A stretch of 64,000 nt of DNA from Podarcis filfolensis (lineage: Eukaryota): assembly GCA_964270895.1 (NCBI GenBank), contig OZ185440.1. One strand, 5' to 3'. The notes beneath the pieces were generated by a model that was given only the letters and a program-made list of their open reading frames with translations, searched no databases and was not told the DNA's origin. Below, in pieces: positions 13,414 to 27,319 of the stretch. Position numbers and translations under genes: made by a program. The first letter of the stretch is position 1; each line of letters starts with the position of its first letter.

Positions 13414-13629
13414 GTCTGGAGGTGCTATGAGATCTAGCCTTACTTCTGGATGCCCAAGTAACCTCAGCGGTACGAAATGCCTTTTACTACTCTAGGCTGG
13501 TACAATCAAGCTAACCACAATTATTCATGCTCCAGGAAAATCCCATTCAGATTATTGCAATGTATTGTATATAGTAACCTAGTTGCCATATTTTGCACTA
13601 CTTGGGATGAGATATATGGAACACATCTT
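13414..13629 (+). repeat. Copy 2 of the local duplication, lacking 32 bp and 6 bp
   Basis: Direct alignment to 11723-11976. Confidence 0.95.
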
Positions 13630-14196
13630 GCCAGTCTTAAAACAACTGCACTGGCTCCTGCATTGATTTCCAGAGCAAATTCACTGTGCTATTTAAAGAT
13701 CTACTCAGCTTGGGATGAAGATACCTCAGTAACTACTTCCTCCCACATGAACCAGCCAGGGTTTTAAGATCCTCTGAGGCTTTTTGTGCCCTCCCCCATC
13801 TGAAGCAAGATGGATGGTGATGCACAATGGGGCTTTTTCTACTGTGATGCCCTGTCTCTGCAATGCTCTCCCCAGAAGGTCCGCCTGGTGCTAATTCTAC
13901 TTACTTTCCATACCAAATGAGGATCTTTTCATTCAGCCATTCAGCTTTTGTTTTTCCCCTGCTGTTTATGTTCATTGTCATTGTACTTTAATTGAAGCAT
14001 GTTATTTTAAATGATTTATACAAACTGCTTTGTGAGGGTTAGCCAAACACTTAAAATAATGAGCACACACTAGATACCAGGATCAGAAAATATAACTCTG
14101 GTGGAGATGCAGCTGTGCATTTCCCTCTCACCACACACACCACTTAATATATGAGGTGGGTGCCCATACATGCACAGGCCCAATTGCACATGCAGG

Positions 14197-14537
14197 AACA
14201 TAGGAAACTGCCTCATACCGAGTCAGACCACTGGCCCATCTAACTCAGTACTGTCTACACTGACTGGCAGCAGCTCTCGAAGGTTTGAGCAAGGAGACAT
14301 TTCTGGCTCTAGCTGGAAATGTCAGGGATTGAACCTGGGACCTTCTTGATAACAACAATAATTTTATTATTTATACCCCAGCCACTGGGCGGCTTCCAGC
14401 ACATATAAAATATTGTAAAACATTAAACATTAAAAACTTCCCAATACAGGGCTGCCTTCAGATGTCTTTTAAAAGTTCTGTAGTTCTTTATCTCCCTCTT
14501 ATGCAAGGCAGATGCTCTGCCACTGAGATATGGCCCT
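14197..14537 (-). mobile_element. tRNA-derived SINE interrupted by an L2 3' fragment (about 14349-14495)
   Basis: SINE body and B-box at 14197-14348 resume as the tRNA-like head at 14501-14537; the insert resembles the 3' end of the L2 at 62.6-63.3 kb. Confidence 0.75.
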
Positions 14538-16473
14538 TAAACCTCAACCAATACATAAATGTAAAGGACTTTGGTTTTTGGTGCAAAAACTCAACATCAC
14601 TACTCTTCTGGAATTTACCAGCTACAGGTGAATTTAAAATCTGAACTCAGATTTTAAGGATGAGTGTGTTCTGCTAAAACTTCAGGGGAAAATAATCTAC
14701 ATATGGTTTCCCTGTTCTGGCTTCCCTGGTCTACTCACAGTGCTCAGTGCTTGTCCTTCCTTCTGTATAGTTCCATTACCCCACAACATTTCACATAGTC
14801 AACATTTTCATGCATTCAGGATGAAATATATTCTGAAATGGAATACAAATCTAAAGCTGTATGCCATTCACAGAATTTATTTCATCTGAAGAATCTGTTG
14901 GTAAAGGGGAGGGGGGAGGCTGAAAGAGTCAAGACCCTTGAATATCCATTTCCTAAAATCAAAAGTACAATGCTCATACAGTGGTCTCCTGGGGGCATCC
15001 AGGCAGCTACTGCCTCCCTGTGCACAGCAGTATTCCAGCACCATATAAGCAATTTCATGCCTGTCAATCTCCCTGCTGCTGCCAATAAGTGATTGTAACC
15101 ATGACAACAAGCACAGAGGAAATGGAGGGGAAGAGCAAAGGATGGCCCCCAGAGAGAGGCTGTGCTGGCGGCTAATCGGCCAGCTGTCAGTTACCTGGCT
15201 ACTGAGGCATATTATCTGGAGACACAGTTATTCTGCACTCGCATGCCTGCCCCCACCGCACATGCAGCCCACAGATACAGGTGGAAGAACACACCAATGT
15301 GCATGCATGCAGCACTAAACAGTTCAAAGGCCATCCATATGCTAGCATCACCTTCAAGGCTGAGTTCTGCACTGGAGACCCAATTCCTCTATCATTTTTT
15401 TAAGCTCTCAGGACAATTAGGACCACCCCCATATCAATTTACTTGGGACATATCACGGAATGCCAGGTTTTGGTTTGAAAGCAGCCTAAGCGAGTAGACA
15501 GGTGCCCATCTCCCCACAGTCACTAGGCATATAATATCCTGCAAAGGGAAAAGTATGTGGTCATGTCACTGGTGTTTAGAAGCCTGGGGTAGAGAGATCA
15601 GGCTGCTCAATAAGCTGCAAACGTAGGAAGGAGGTGAGGAAGAAGGCAGCATTTATGCCCCGAGGGGCAACTCAAATGAATCCAGTTCTGCATTGCTGTG
15701 TGCAAAAACTGAAGTGGGTGGAGGAGGGGAAGTGCGCCAGCTCCAGTGGTCGCCGACAACAGAAAAGCATGTGCATCAAGGCTGCCAGCCAGCATCCACA
15801 GACAATGCAATGGGGGGAGGGGGCAGCAGCACACTCAGAGAGGTCAAGGAAGATTCTTAAGAGCAACAGAGACTGAAAGGAGAAACAGAGCTTAATCCTG
15901 TTGATCCAGCCAGAATCATATTGCTATTCAACTTCCTCTCATTCCTCACTGATCTCTAGAGAAAACAATGGCACTGCATGCACACACACAACCCTTCTTG
16001 CTCCCTCCCTACAAAGCTTATGCAACCACTATCTTGCCCTGCTGCCACCCATTTTCAAACTAGTCTCTATGTCACATTTTTCCTTGTGGCCACCTAATGG
16101 CACCCAGTGTCTATCATTTTGGGCTTCTACACACAAGTTTACTTATTCCCTAAGGTAGCGAGTGGTTCTGTTGTAACCTATGGTTAAAACATTAAAGACT
16201 GACCGACTGAGAGTGAGTGCCAGTGCTATTCCGTGGCCTGTATTCTGATCCCTGAAACGCACAGTTATGGTATATTTACTAGTGATGTGTTTTAAGTTTC
16301 TTTTGACCTTGCTTAAGCTCTTATTTTTGGGGGGGACAGGGAGAATTATAATATTTTTAGACCACCTTTAAGGACAAAAACCCTCTCAAGGCACAATGCA
16401 ACCATGATAAGAATGCTTCAGAAAAGCCAGTCTAGTTAAAAAATAATGAACATTCAGGCAACCCAAAGCTAAA

Positions 16474-16638
16474 CAGACTCCCTTGGAAGGTGGTAGACTT
16501 TCCTTCACTGAAGGTTTTTAAGCAGAAACTGGATGGTCATATGTCATGGATGCTTCAGTTGAGATTCCTGGATTGCAGGGGGTTGAACTAGATGATCTTC
16601 AGGGTGCCTTCTAACTCTACACTTGTATGATTCTATGA
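16474..16638 (+). mobile_element. CR1 LINE 3' end
   Basis: GAAGGTGGTAGACTTTCCTTCACTG...GGGGTTGAACTAGATGA...ATTCTATGA tail. Confidence 0.85.
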
Positions 16639-17848
16639 AATCATAAAATACAGTCTAAAATCACCAGCTATAGCATGAAGCAAAACAGTCTTAAGCAAAG
16701 GCCAGTGAGAACAGATTGCCTTTTAGTGCTCTCGTAATTGCTTATAGGGTTGATGATTTATGAACCATGACAAGGAAGAGCCACCACAAAAAGATCCTTT
16801 TTCATGTAGTGGTTGCTACAGGCAACATGGCACCTATGAAGGCTTCCAGTGGTGCCACTGGGCAGGTGCCCTAGACTCAGCTTTCATTGAAAAAAAGTCT
16901 CTATGAGCAAAATGTGTAGATACCTCCTAAGTGATTTTAATGAAATGTGAGTGATATGACTACCTTGTATATTTTTCCTGGTACTAAAGCATGCTCCCTG
17001 TTGTCATTACACAGCAACTACATCTGTGTATGTGTGATCTCCATAATCAGGACCAGCAAGATTGCTGGTTCCTCATGGTAAGCATAAGGTTGAGGGCGGT
17101 ATTTGTCTTTCTGTATGTACCACTTTGGTGTAGCTAGTAGTGGCTGAACCACCTCAAATCATGTAACTAGGACACATCTAAATTAGTCCTTGCTAGTGGT
17201 TTTTAAGTCATTCAGCAGATTGAGTTTAAATAAATGGTGGGTTGTAGCAGTAAGCTTAATTCAGAATTTAATATTACTGCTAAAGAAGATTAACAAATTC
17301 CCTTTCTGGTCCATTTTGAATAGGCTGCAATCAACTTAGTGCTAAGGGAATTGTTCCATCAGAACAAGAATTTATGCTTGTCTGACAAACCGTCTCGCGC
17401 CCCGCCCCCGCCCCATTGTGGGGGTTCTTCTAACCCTTTGGAGTAGATCTGGGGATGGCACAGGGGTATATGATGCGGCGGGGAGAAGGGAGAAGTCCCA
17501 TTGTGGTCATTGCACTGGCTCCTGCTGGAGCAACAGTTTAGTTGAATATGGCCCAGTGTCACAACACACTTGAATACAAGTGAAATAATTACTTTACTAT
17601 ACACCTGACCTTATAATTCTAATTTGGCAACCACTAAGAAAATGCAAGAGACTATAAAGGTGATTATCCAAGGTTAGCCATACTCATTCGAGTAAACCCA
17701 CTGATATCAATGGGCTTGTCCACTGATTTCAATGGGTCTATTAAGAGTATGGCTAAATTGGATCACCACTCTAAGATCTAAACTCATGCACACACAGCCA
17801 ATGCTCATCCAGCTCTCTCATAAGAACTGCATAGAATGAGACATTACA

Positions 17849-18237
17849 GCAGGGATGGGAAAACCTCTTCAGCCCAAAGGCCATATCTCTCATGGGCAAC
17901 CTTCCAGAGGTTGCATGCCAGTAGTAAATAGGGTCAGAGGCAAAAGAGAACAAAGCAACAGCTGTGACTTGATACAATAGACCACATTCCAGCTAAGCAA
18001 AAGTCAGGTTTTTACACATCCATACCTATTTCTCCATTCCCCATCCAGGCAAGAGACATTATCAATCACAGTTCAAGGACACATTTCAGCCCCAAAAAAG
18101 CACTTGAGGAAGGAGTGGAGTACAGCTGATGAGAGGTGTGGCCTGGGGAAGGGGCCTGGCCTGGGCAGCATCTTGAGGGCGAGAAAGAGACCTGGAGGGT
18201 CTCATTTGGCCTCTGGGTTTAAAGTCCCGACTCCTGC
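17849..18237. mobile_element. Old hAT-like non-autonomous element
   Basis: CAGGGATGGGAAAACCT left end and GTCCCGACTCCTG right end; TSD not clear. Confidence 0.45.
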
Positions 18238-19256
18238 TCTACTTCAACCCTGAGGAGTTTGTTCTATTGCACCTTTATTCTTATGAAAAATGTATTTTTG
18301 AAATCTAACCCGTCTATTCTATTACCACTAAAGGCCAATGTTTCTCTTTTTTCCAGCAGCACTGGTAAATAGTGGTTTACTCTGCCATCCTTTTAGATAT
18401 TTGAACACTGGTATCATGTTCCCTATAATTTTCTTTTATCTAAATTGAGCATGTTATACATTTCCAAGCCTATAATATCTGTTGTCATGAATAGTTCTGC
18501 CACCTGAAGAACCACAGCACTCATTTCCTTAAAAAAAACCCAAAAAAACCCCCAGCTTTGTTGATGAGCCTGTGGGCAAGGTCTCTCACTCCCAGACATC
18601 AAGGATGTAATCTGTACTATGAACAAATACAGTCAGGGAAGGAGGGGTGTTGGGAGTAGAGAAGGAAAGAGAGATGAAAGGAGAGAGGAAGCAAACTATA
18701 TCACAGGCCCTGTCTGCTGACAGAAACTTCCCAATTATGTTTGCACCCAGAACCACACCAATGTAGTCACAACAGATTCTAGCTCTGCTAGTCATTAACA
18801 GATTTTGAAACAGACCAATAGTCCTGGACAACTCCCCTACTCACTTAGATTCCATACTGTGCCCAGAGGGGTTACTGAATTAATGCACACCAGTGAACCT
18901 CTACAGAAAAAAGGTGAATTCCTCCATTCATGACTACCTTTCATATCACACAAGACAAAGAACTACAACCAACAGCCACAGCAAATGAATTAACAGAGAG
19001 GTGATTTAAGACCTGGATGAAGACACAATGCAAGACTCTAATGGGTAGGGGCCCAAAGCTGAGCTGTCTGGCCACTCCATGAACTCTCTTGAAACTTACG
19101 AGAGGATGCATGACATCCTTCCCTAGTTGAAATTAGAACAGAACCAACAGATGCTCTTGTAGATTGGCTGTGGCTACAGAATGTCTGTTTTGAAGCCTGG
19201 TAGAATTCTGTCTCACAAGAATCAACCACATGATTATTTAAAAGTTAATAATACTA

Positions 19257-19347
19257 GTTTTAGCTTAATTTCAGTTCTGGTAATTCTGTTCTTATTGGTT
19301 GGTTTTAGCTTAATTTCAGCACTAGGTAATTCTGTTTTTATTGGCTG
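19257..19347. repeat. About 45-bp imperfect tandem duplication
   Basis: GTTTTAGCTTAATTTCAG...GGTAATTCTGTT..TATTGG occurs twice. Confidence 0.85.
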
Positions 19348-19667
19348 ATACGTAGTAACTAAAAAAGTCCACAAAAGGTTGATGCTTGCTTGCCAATGGT
19401 TGCGCCAATTCAAGAGTTCCTCAATCTCCTCCCTTGCCCCCCATCTTCAAGAAGACCTGAGGAATTTATGTACTGTCCATGGATATGAAACTCTACACAA
19501 GCACACTCTATAACCTCTTCGGAATCAGAGTGTGGTTCAGAAAGCTGATTGAAAGTTCTGTCACTACAGGTTCTCCCCTTGATTGCTGCATGTGGAAACA
19601 GTCAGCTTACAGGGGAGGCTGCACAACTGTAACCACAACTGACCCACAATTTGGAACCAACACTTAC

Positions 19668-20404
19668 CTCTGAGCATCAGGCTGGGAAATGGCATTGACA
19701 ATGGCCTCAACAGCTGTATCAAAGAGTTCTGGATCGCGCAAAGAGGTGAAGGCTGCCTGGATCAAGTTCTCACACTCCATCAGGGGAATCTCTAACTGCA
19801 CCCAGCTCGAGAAGCACTTCAACACCTTCTGTTTAATGAAGCTGGGAGAGTCTTGTTGCTGTAGTAATTGCTCTAGCAGGGGGAAGACAGAACTGCACTC
19901 CTGTGCCAAGACGCTACGCACCTGCCCCTTACGGTACTGAGGCAGGCGGCTGGTTTGGAACTCCTCAGGCAGAACAGTCAACAGCTCTAAGAGTGCCAGG
20001 CAGCGTGCTCGCCCATCGACATTAGAGTCCTCTGCCTGAAACATGCGCACCATGTCAGCAACAGCACATGGCCAGGCCTCTGGCATCATGTTTAGTGCTA
20101 ACGAAGCCAGTGCCACACAAAGCCGGGTCAGCACAATCTTGGAACCACTAGCAAAACGGGTTATTTGGCTGAAGAGCTGTGATTTGAGGCTTTCATACTG
20201 GTCAGCTGGGATGTCATTCCAGTAGCGTGAAATCTTGATGTGGAGGGCGCTGGCCCCAAAGTACTGGATCTCAGGCACCTTGTCCATATCGAGAAGTAGC
20301 CAACTGAAGTGCCAGGCTTGTGGTGAGACTTGAGCTTGCATCAACCATTTCTGAGCCAGATTCTTGTTTTCAATGTTGGGGTCATAATACAACTGGTGGA
20401 GTGC
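19668..20404 (-). CDS. IPO13: Importin-13 exon 2 (ALHQLYYDPNIENKNLAQKW...AISQPDAQR), contains the importin-beta N-terminal (Ran-binding) region
   Basis: 737 nt; TAG acceptor and GTAAGT donor; overlaps ORF 19664-20392. Confidence 0.99.
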
Positions 20405-20734
20405 CTAGAAGGTAGAAAATAGCAACTTAGCCACTATTTTATATATGCTTGTAAGACAGTAAAAAGCCAAATCCAGATCCCTTACTGTTAGGTACAGTAC
20501 CTGGTTCATGAAACGTTAACTCTCTCCATACTACAAAAAAGAGTAACACCCTTGCTCTCCCATACTTTAGATCAGAAGAGGGCAGATATGGTTGAGTGGG
20601 GACGATACTACAGATAACCATGCAATCAAGTACAACACAGCAGTTGGGGACTGGTAAAAGTCTCAACTGCCCTCAACAGAAGAAATTCAGGATAAGAGTA
20701 TTCTAAGTCAGTGAACAGAAAGTGTTAATTACTA

Positions 20735-20980
20735 CAGTGGTACCTCTGGATGTGAACAGGATCCATTCCAGAGCCCTGTTCGCATCCAGAAGCGAATGCA
20801 ATCTGCATCTGCGTGTGTGGCGATTCGCCGCTTCTGCGCATGCGCGTGATGTCATTTTGACCGTCTGTGCATGCACAAGCAGTGAAACCTGGAAGTAACG
20901 CACTCCGTTACTTCCCGGTCGTCACAGCGTGCAACCCAAAAATACTTATCCTGAAGCTACTTCAACCCGAGGTATGACTG
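20735..20980. mobile_element. Tc1/mariner (pogo/Tigger-like) MITE
   Basis: TIR CAGTGGTACCTC / GAGGTATGACTG flanked by TA on both sides. Confidence 0.88.
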
Positions 20981-21483
20981 TATTTCAAACCTTTAGTGGT
21001 GTAATAATATCCTTCCACAATGAAGAGCTAACTAGATGTGAAAGCAGCAGCCTCATGTTTTAGAACTAGGAATGGTAGAGAACAAATATAAGGGAGCAGC
21101 AATTTAATGAGGAAAGTGGGGAAATGGAAGAAGTTGCTGAACACTTCCTCTGCCCTAGCTGCTTATTTTTAAGTTGGGTTCCAAAACATGACGAGAGAAA
21201 AGTATTTGGGTAGCAATTCTGAAACAGAAGATTCAGAATCCCCTTTATATTACCTGTTTCTATAATACATTACAATCACCTCCACCCCACCCCATGCTTA
21301 ATACCTGTTCATCATGGTGCTGTCACATCTAAGTGAACCCAGTTTTCAGTGCCACTTTGCTGAACACACAATGCAATATTCCCCACCAACCAAAACCTTT
21401 TATTTCTGTATTTTACATATGGGAATAACAGTCTGGTCCATCTTGGTAGTGGCTGTTTCCTGGATATATTGAGTTATAGCTAA

Positions 21484-21737
21484 GGGCTACTCCACACTTG
21501 TCCAATGCCTAGAAAGCACAGGTCTGAAAGGTTTTCACCTTGCCCCATGCTTTCTAAGCATGCGTCCAGGCGGTTTTGCATTTGCCCTACCACTTTCTCT
21601 GGGAAAACCCACTCTTCACTGCTGAGTCGGAGCAAATGTCAATCTGCTGAAAATTCGACTGACATCTGCTACGATGTTGTGGCAACGAGAGGGTTTCCCA
21701 GAGGAAGCAGAGGGGCAATGGAAGTGTGAACGAGCCC
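21484..21737. mobile_element. PIF/Harbinger-like MITE
   Basis: TIR GGGCTACTCCACACTT / AAGTGTGAACGAGCCC (13/16); flanks TAA / TGA; internal inverted repeats. Confidence 0.7.
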
Positions 21738-23330
21738 TGAAGTTCACTTTCTTTACATAGACAGTAAATTCTTCCCTACATAGCTAGTAAATTCTTTTCT
21801 GTCTCTCACTCAGAAAAGCTGTGCACCTGCCCATCAGAGGCGAGCTATAGCAGTCACTCAAAAGAACTCCCTGTACCTTGTAGCAGACTGCCAGTAAGTT
21901 AAAAGTGAAGCCAAGGGTGGTTTGATTTCTCCACTACCTTTCTGCTGAAGAAACAGAGAAGTTTGAATGGGTGCAAAACCTATTTGCAACTCATGTCACA
22001 AACCTGTCTTTCTGCAAAAGGAACAACTCATTGGGCCCTCAAAGATACATTTTTGGAAGTGAGGCTCTCTGAATTTTGGGTTCAGGTTACCAAAATTACT
22101 CAGCTACTATTGAGTATCCTGAGCTTGCCAATGAAGCAAAATCTGTGCTGCTGCCATTTGATAGTGCATATATTTGCGAGACAGGTATTTCAGCAATAAC
22201 TACTATGAAGACAGTATAAATACAGTATAAATACTATAAATACAGTAGCCGGCTATGTATCAATAACGATATGAGACTATGCTTGACAACCATCAATCCC
22301 CACATTGATCTACTCATTAGCGAAGTGCAAGCTCAGCCATCCCACTTATACTTGCCAAAATGGACTTTATTGTGAATAAAGCTATTTAAAATATTCATAG
22401 TTCAAAATATCTAACACTGCTTGTGTAATAGCATGTTTTAAAAATATTTTTAATAGCTCATGAAGCAATATTCTGTAACCAGGTGATTGGTGGTTACATT
22501 CCCATAAAAAACTGAGTATCTCTGTAAGTATTATAAATATTTCAACAAGTTCCATATTAATAGGGGCATTAAATAAATTTTTGCTTGGATGCCTCAAATA
22601 ATGGTTATAAAATAGGCAAACGTGCAGTTAAAATGCATGAAATCGACAGCTGTTGAAGACCTAAAGTACAAAACTCATGTGACTCTAATAGTGGATCATC
22701 ATAATAAAAAGGTTGGGAACCATTGCTTTTAACAACGCAAAATGTTGAAAAACAGAGACCACAAAACTGATTAGTTTTATCAAATGTAAAAACAATAAGT
22801 CTCTAAACATAAATGCAAATATTTTAATGGGTAGGTGTAGCAAAGGGGAAAAATACAATATGAAGTCATATAGCTCCAGATGTTTTAAGCAGTGCCTACA
22901 AAGAAAAGCATCAGGCTGCTGATCAACGAGTGCATTGTGCAGCCATGGCCTGACTTTGTGTCAGGTTCTCCACAAATTGTAATCAATGATATTTCTCAAG
23001 ATGTGGCACAGACTGCACTCGGTCCTTGTACAAATCTGAAGCAGACTACAAACACACATAAAATTCCTATTAACTACTGAACTTTATAGTAGGTTCCCAT
23101 GCAGCCAGAATCTATTGAAATATAAGGGTTAAAATTATTTATATTTTTGAGCAAGGATTGTCATTAGGTAACCAAGTTTCTTAAGAGCCTCCAACACCAA
23201 AACAGAAAGCAGAGTTTGACAGCTTTCATGAAGGAGGACAGTAAACCATGCCCATTTGTATTTGGATTGGTGCTATGTAATTTGTCCATTGTGGTCTGGA
23301 GTAAGATGCAAACTGACAGACAACCAAATT

Positions 23331-23460
23331 TGCAGATGATGCCAAATTATTCAGGATGGTGAAATCTCAGCAAGACTGAAGAGCTCCAGGATGCTGTCCC
23401 TAGCTGGATGAATTGGCAACAAAATGGCAGCTGAAATCCAACATTAATAAGTACATGAAT
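23331..23460 (+). mobile_element. CR1 ORF2 reverse-transcriptase fragment
   Basis: Translates FADDAKLFRMVKSQ, followed by degenerate KWQLK. Confidence 0.75.
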
Positions 23461-23648
23461 AAACATTACACCACTTGGGCTTTAAGTTTGCTCACACACT
23501 TACTGTATGTAGTCAGCACATAACTAACACAGTCACAGAAACACACAGGAGCTCAACTGCTGCATAAACTAAACCATATTACAGTCTCCCTACACAAGTG
23601 TCTCATGAAGGTGAAGTCTCACCTGCTGAGACTTCAAAACCTCCAGAT

Positions 23649-23899
23649 CAGGGGTAGGCAAACTAAGGCCCGGGGGCTGGATGCGACCCAATCGCCTTCT
23701 CAAACCAGCCCACAGACAGTCCAGGAATCAGCGTGTTTTTACATGAGTAGAATGTGTCCTTTTATTTAAAATGCATCTCTGGGTTATTTGTGGAGCATAG
23801 GAATTCGTTCATTTCCCCCCAAAAAAATTTAGTCCGGCACACCACATGGTCTGACGGACAGTGGACTGGCCCATGGCTGAAAAAGGTTGTTGACCCCTG
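23649..23899 (+). mobile_element. hAT MITE (CAGGGGTAGGCAA family)
   Basis: TIR CAGGGG...CCCCTG with exact 8-bp TSD CTCCAGAT; near-identical inverted copy at 48816-49068. Confidence 0.93.
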
Positions 23900-26779
23900 C
23901 TCCAGATAATGCATCTTAAAGTAACAGCATACATATGCCCCTTCCTCTAGACAATGGAGGCAAGGGCATTGTAGGGATCTTTCAAACGAGCACTTTAAAA
24001 GTGGCAATAACGGTTTCTCAAGCCTCAGACCAGCTATATGGGTTCAACACCATAAGGAGTTGGCATACAGCGTCCAATCCGGTGACTAAAGAAATGGATG
24101 CAGAATGGAGTGTCGTAAGAAAGCCTGAAATACTGTGCTATTCTTGGGCCAATAGAAATGGCAAAGTTTGTAACGTTATATCTTGTAAGCAGCCCAGCAT
24201 GCACGGCACTTTCAGTGCAACAGAGTGAGGTCTCGCCAGCAAAGGATCACTGCTGGGAAAGAACTCACCTAACGAACACCACAGCACATGGTATACTAAT
24301 GTAGTTCAACTGATGAGACAATACTATTGACACCCTGAGCCTTAACCAGAGACCCAAAACAGGATTCATTTCTTTTCTCTGACCTCTCAAGCAGATTGGC
24401 ACTGGGTTTGCTTTATTAAAGGAGCATGAATGAAAATGTGACATATCAGGTTTTGATGCTTAAGTAGCAGCAGCAACTGCCACAAGCTCAGTGTCCCTGG
24501 TGCAGTGCTTCCTCCTTCCAGGCCTCCTCTGAGCTTTTGAAGAGTAAGAAAATAGCAGTTTGTCTCCTTGACAGCACTATGTAAATAACAGCAAGCTGAA
24601 TTCTCAAAGTCCCAGAGACTAAGTGAGAAGAGGAGTTCCAGCAGATATCAACAATTAAAGATAGCATGAGTACATGAGGCCACTCCAGGTTAGTGAACAC
24701 ACAAAACCCATCCCCTGTTCCTATACACTCTCTCTCCCTGGAATTGCAGGAGATGCAGTTGTTTGAGACATACTTCTTGCTCCATCAAACTGACGTGAAT
24801 GGAGACCAACATGATGACACTGTGCACACTCAGGATATGGCCTCATAATCCAATGACCCCAATGGGCCAAAGAGGGACTGTATGGCTGCTGACTCTGCAG
24901 CGACTACCACTCCTCACCTCCTGGAAGGCATTCTGGGTTGCTTTCCTTTCAGTCCTGTCCAAAGCACCCAATATCTTGATCTCCTGAACAGCACAGCCAA
25001 TTGCCACCAAGCAACAGGAACCATAGCAACCAGAGCATCATCTGTTCATTCAAGCAAAGACCTAGCCCTCTCCACTATGTCGTAGAGGGCACAGGCAATC
25101 TACATAGAAGGCGGAAAGGTTGCTGAGCATTGCCCTGGTTCTGCAGTACTGAGTGCAGTCAGCTGCAACCACAGTCTCAGTTCTGCCACAATACAGGCGT
25201 GAACATAACAAGCATTTTCCTCCCACCCACTTGAGCCAAATATTGATGGGCCCATATTATAGAGTTCTGTGCCAACCAAGCCGCCAGACATGTTTGCCAG
25301 CAGCCAATGACATCCTTCAACACGTCGAAAACATTGCTGGCATTACCCACTGCCTTCAACCCCCACAGTACGCAACATACTATCACCCCAAAGACAGTAA
25401 AGTACATAACAGAGGAAGATGGGCCAGCCTTCAGCACCAACAGACCAACAGCTTAAGAAGACTAGATGGTAGTGATGGTGTTATTTAGAATGTTTGTACC
25501 CAGTCTTCACAGAAAAGGCTTGCAGAACAGCTTACATACAGTACAATCAACTAAAACAAGACAGAAAACAAGTTTATTTAAAAAAGCTAATTCAGTAACA
25601 AAAGAGCAGCTTCTAGCAATAGCTCTTGCTACAGTGAGTATGCCACTACTACTGACTAGAACGAGGGAAGGGGCATGAGTTCTAGGGCTCAAGCTGCAAC
25701 ATGGTTGAAGCTTGACATTTAGGAGTGACAGAAGAAGAGTGATGACCCAGGGCTGATCTTCGGAACAGAAGAGTGTTCAAAGAATGCAGATTCTGGGAGA
25801 AAGGAAGCCTACAGTTAGAGCAGCAGCTGAAGTTCCAGACAAAGGAACACATAAGGATTCACATTCTTCACCTCTAGTACACTAGAGTCAGCTTCTTTAC
25901 AAGAGGAAAGTACTGCAGACACTTGGTGTGGGTGTACACACACTCACAAAATTTACAAGAAGAAGGGGATCATATGCCCAGTTAATGTTAACCCTACAAA
26001 AGAATCAAGACTACAAAAGTCACAGAAATATGCAGTCCATGTCAGAGATTGCTTCTTGCTAGCAAATTGCTTTAAAAAATAAACTCTCAAACTGAAACAT
26101 CACAAACTGCCTCTTTCACTTACTTTCTAAAATGGGCTATAGACAAGGGCTAGCATGATTGGCCATCTGTCGTCATGAAGGAAACACCTATTACTTGCTG
26201 TTAACTAGGAGGTATACAAGAACATCAGAATATATGGTTGACTCTTTGCTTGGCACAAGAGACCAGCATTGATCACAGTTGCAACCATGAAACCAGGCAA
26301 CACAATACCGCAGGCTACACAATATCCTTTGTAAGCAAATTCAAACATACCCTGTAAAAAACAGAAGCCCCATTGTCTATGAGTAATGACATCTTGTACC
26401 ATAGGAACAAAAAACTTCTTTCTAACATGCACAGCACCAATACCTTCTGCAACACAATTCATAATGAACAGTGTAAAGCAAACCTAAGAAGCCACAATAT
26501 GCACAGGTAGTGGTTTGCTCTGTTCCAAATACTCCAGCATCCTATCCCTGGAAATCAAGCAGAGGCATGTCCTTGGGGAAGTCACTTTAGCTGATGCCAG
26601 CACAGGGTTGTGCCAGGCAACCCAAAACTGTTAGAGCTAAAGATGGTGTGTTCTTGGACCTGTTGCTTTGCTGCTCTCAACAGCAGCACTCCCAGGGCTA
26701 GCTCTGTGCAAGTGGAGAGGCCATGTGCTGGTACTATGATTCATAAGACCAGGCATAAGACAAAATAACCCAGTTATCA

Positions 26780-27319
26780 GCAGAAGTATAGTGTCCAGAT
26801 CAAGGGAAGCAATATTACCACTCTATTCTGCCTTGGTAAGACCACATCCAGTTCTGGGCACAATTTAAGAAAGATAATGGCAAGCTGGAACATATGCATA
26901 GGAAGGCAACCAAATGATCAAAGGTCTGGAAACCCAGCCTTATGAGGAATGGTTGAAGGAGTTGGGTATGTAAAGATGAGAAAGACAACCATCTTTAAAT
27001 ATCTAAAGGGCTGTCACATGGAAGATGCAGCAAGCTTGTTTTCTCCTGCTTTGGAGGCTAGGACCCAAACCAATGGATTCAATTCACAAGAAATGAGATT
27101 CCAATTAAACATTAGGAAGAACTTTTTGACAGTAAGAGCTGCTTGACAATTGGAGCAGACTCCATCGGAAGGTGGTGGATTCTCCTTCACTGGAAGTTTT
27201 CATGCAGAAGTTGGATAGCCATCTGTCATTAATGCTTTAGTTGAGATTTCTGCATTACAGGGTGTTAGAGTAGCGATGACCCTAAGGGTCCCATCCAACT
27301 CTACAATTCTATGATTCTA
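26780..27319 (+). mobile_element. CR1 LINE 3' fragment (ORF2 C-terminus plus 3'UTR)
   Basis: Degenerate IFKYLKGCH...FQLNIRKNFLTVRA; ATTCTATGATTCT tail. Confidence 0.92.
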
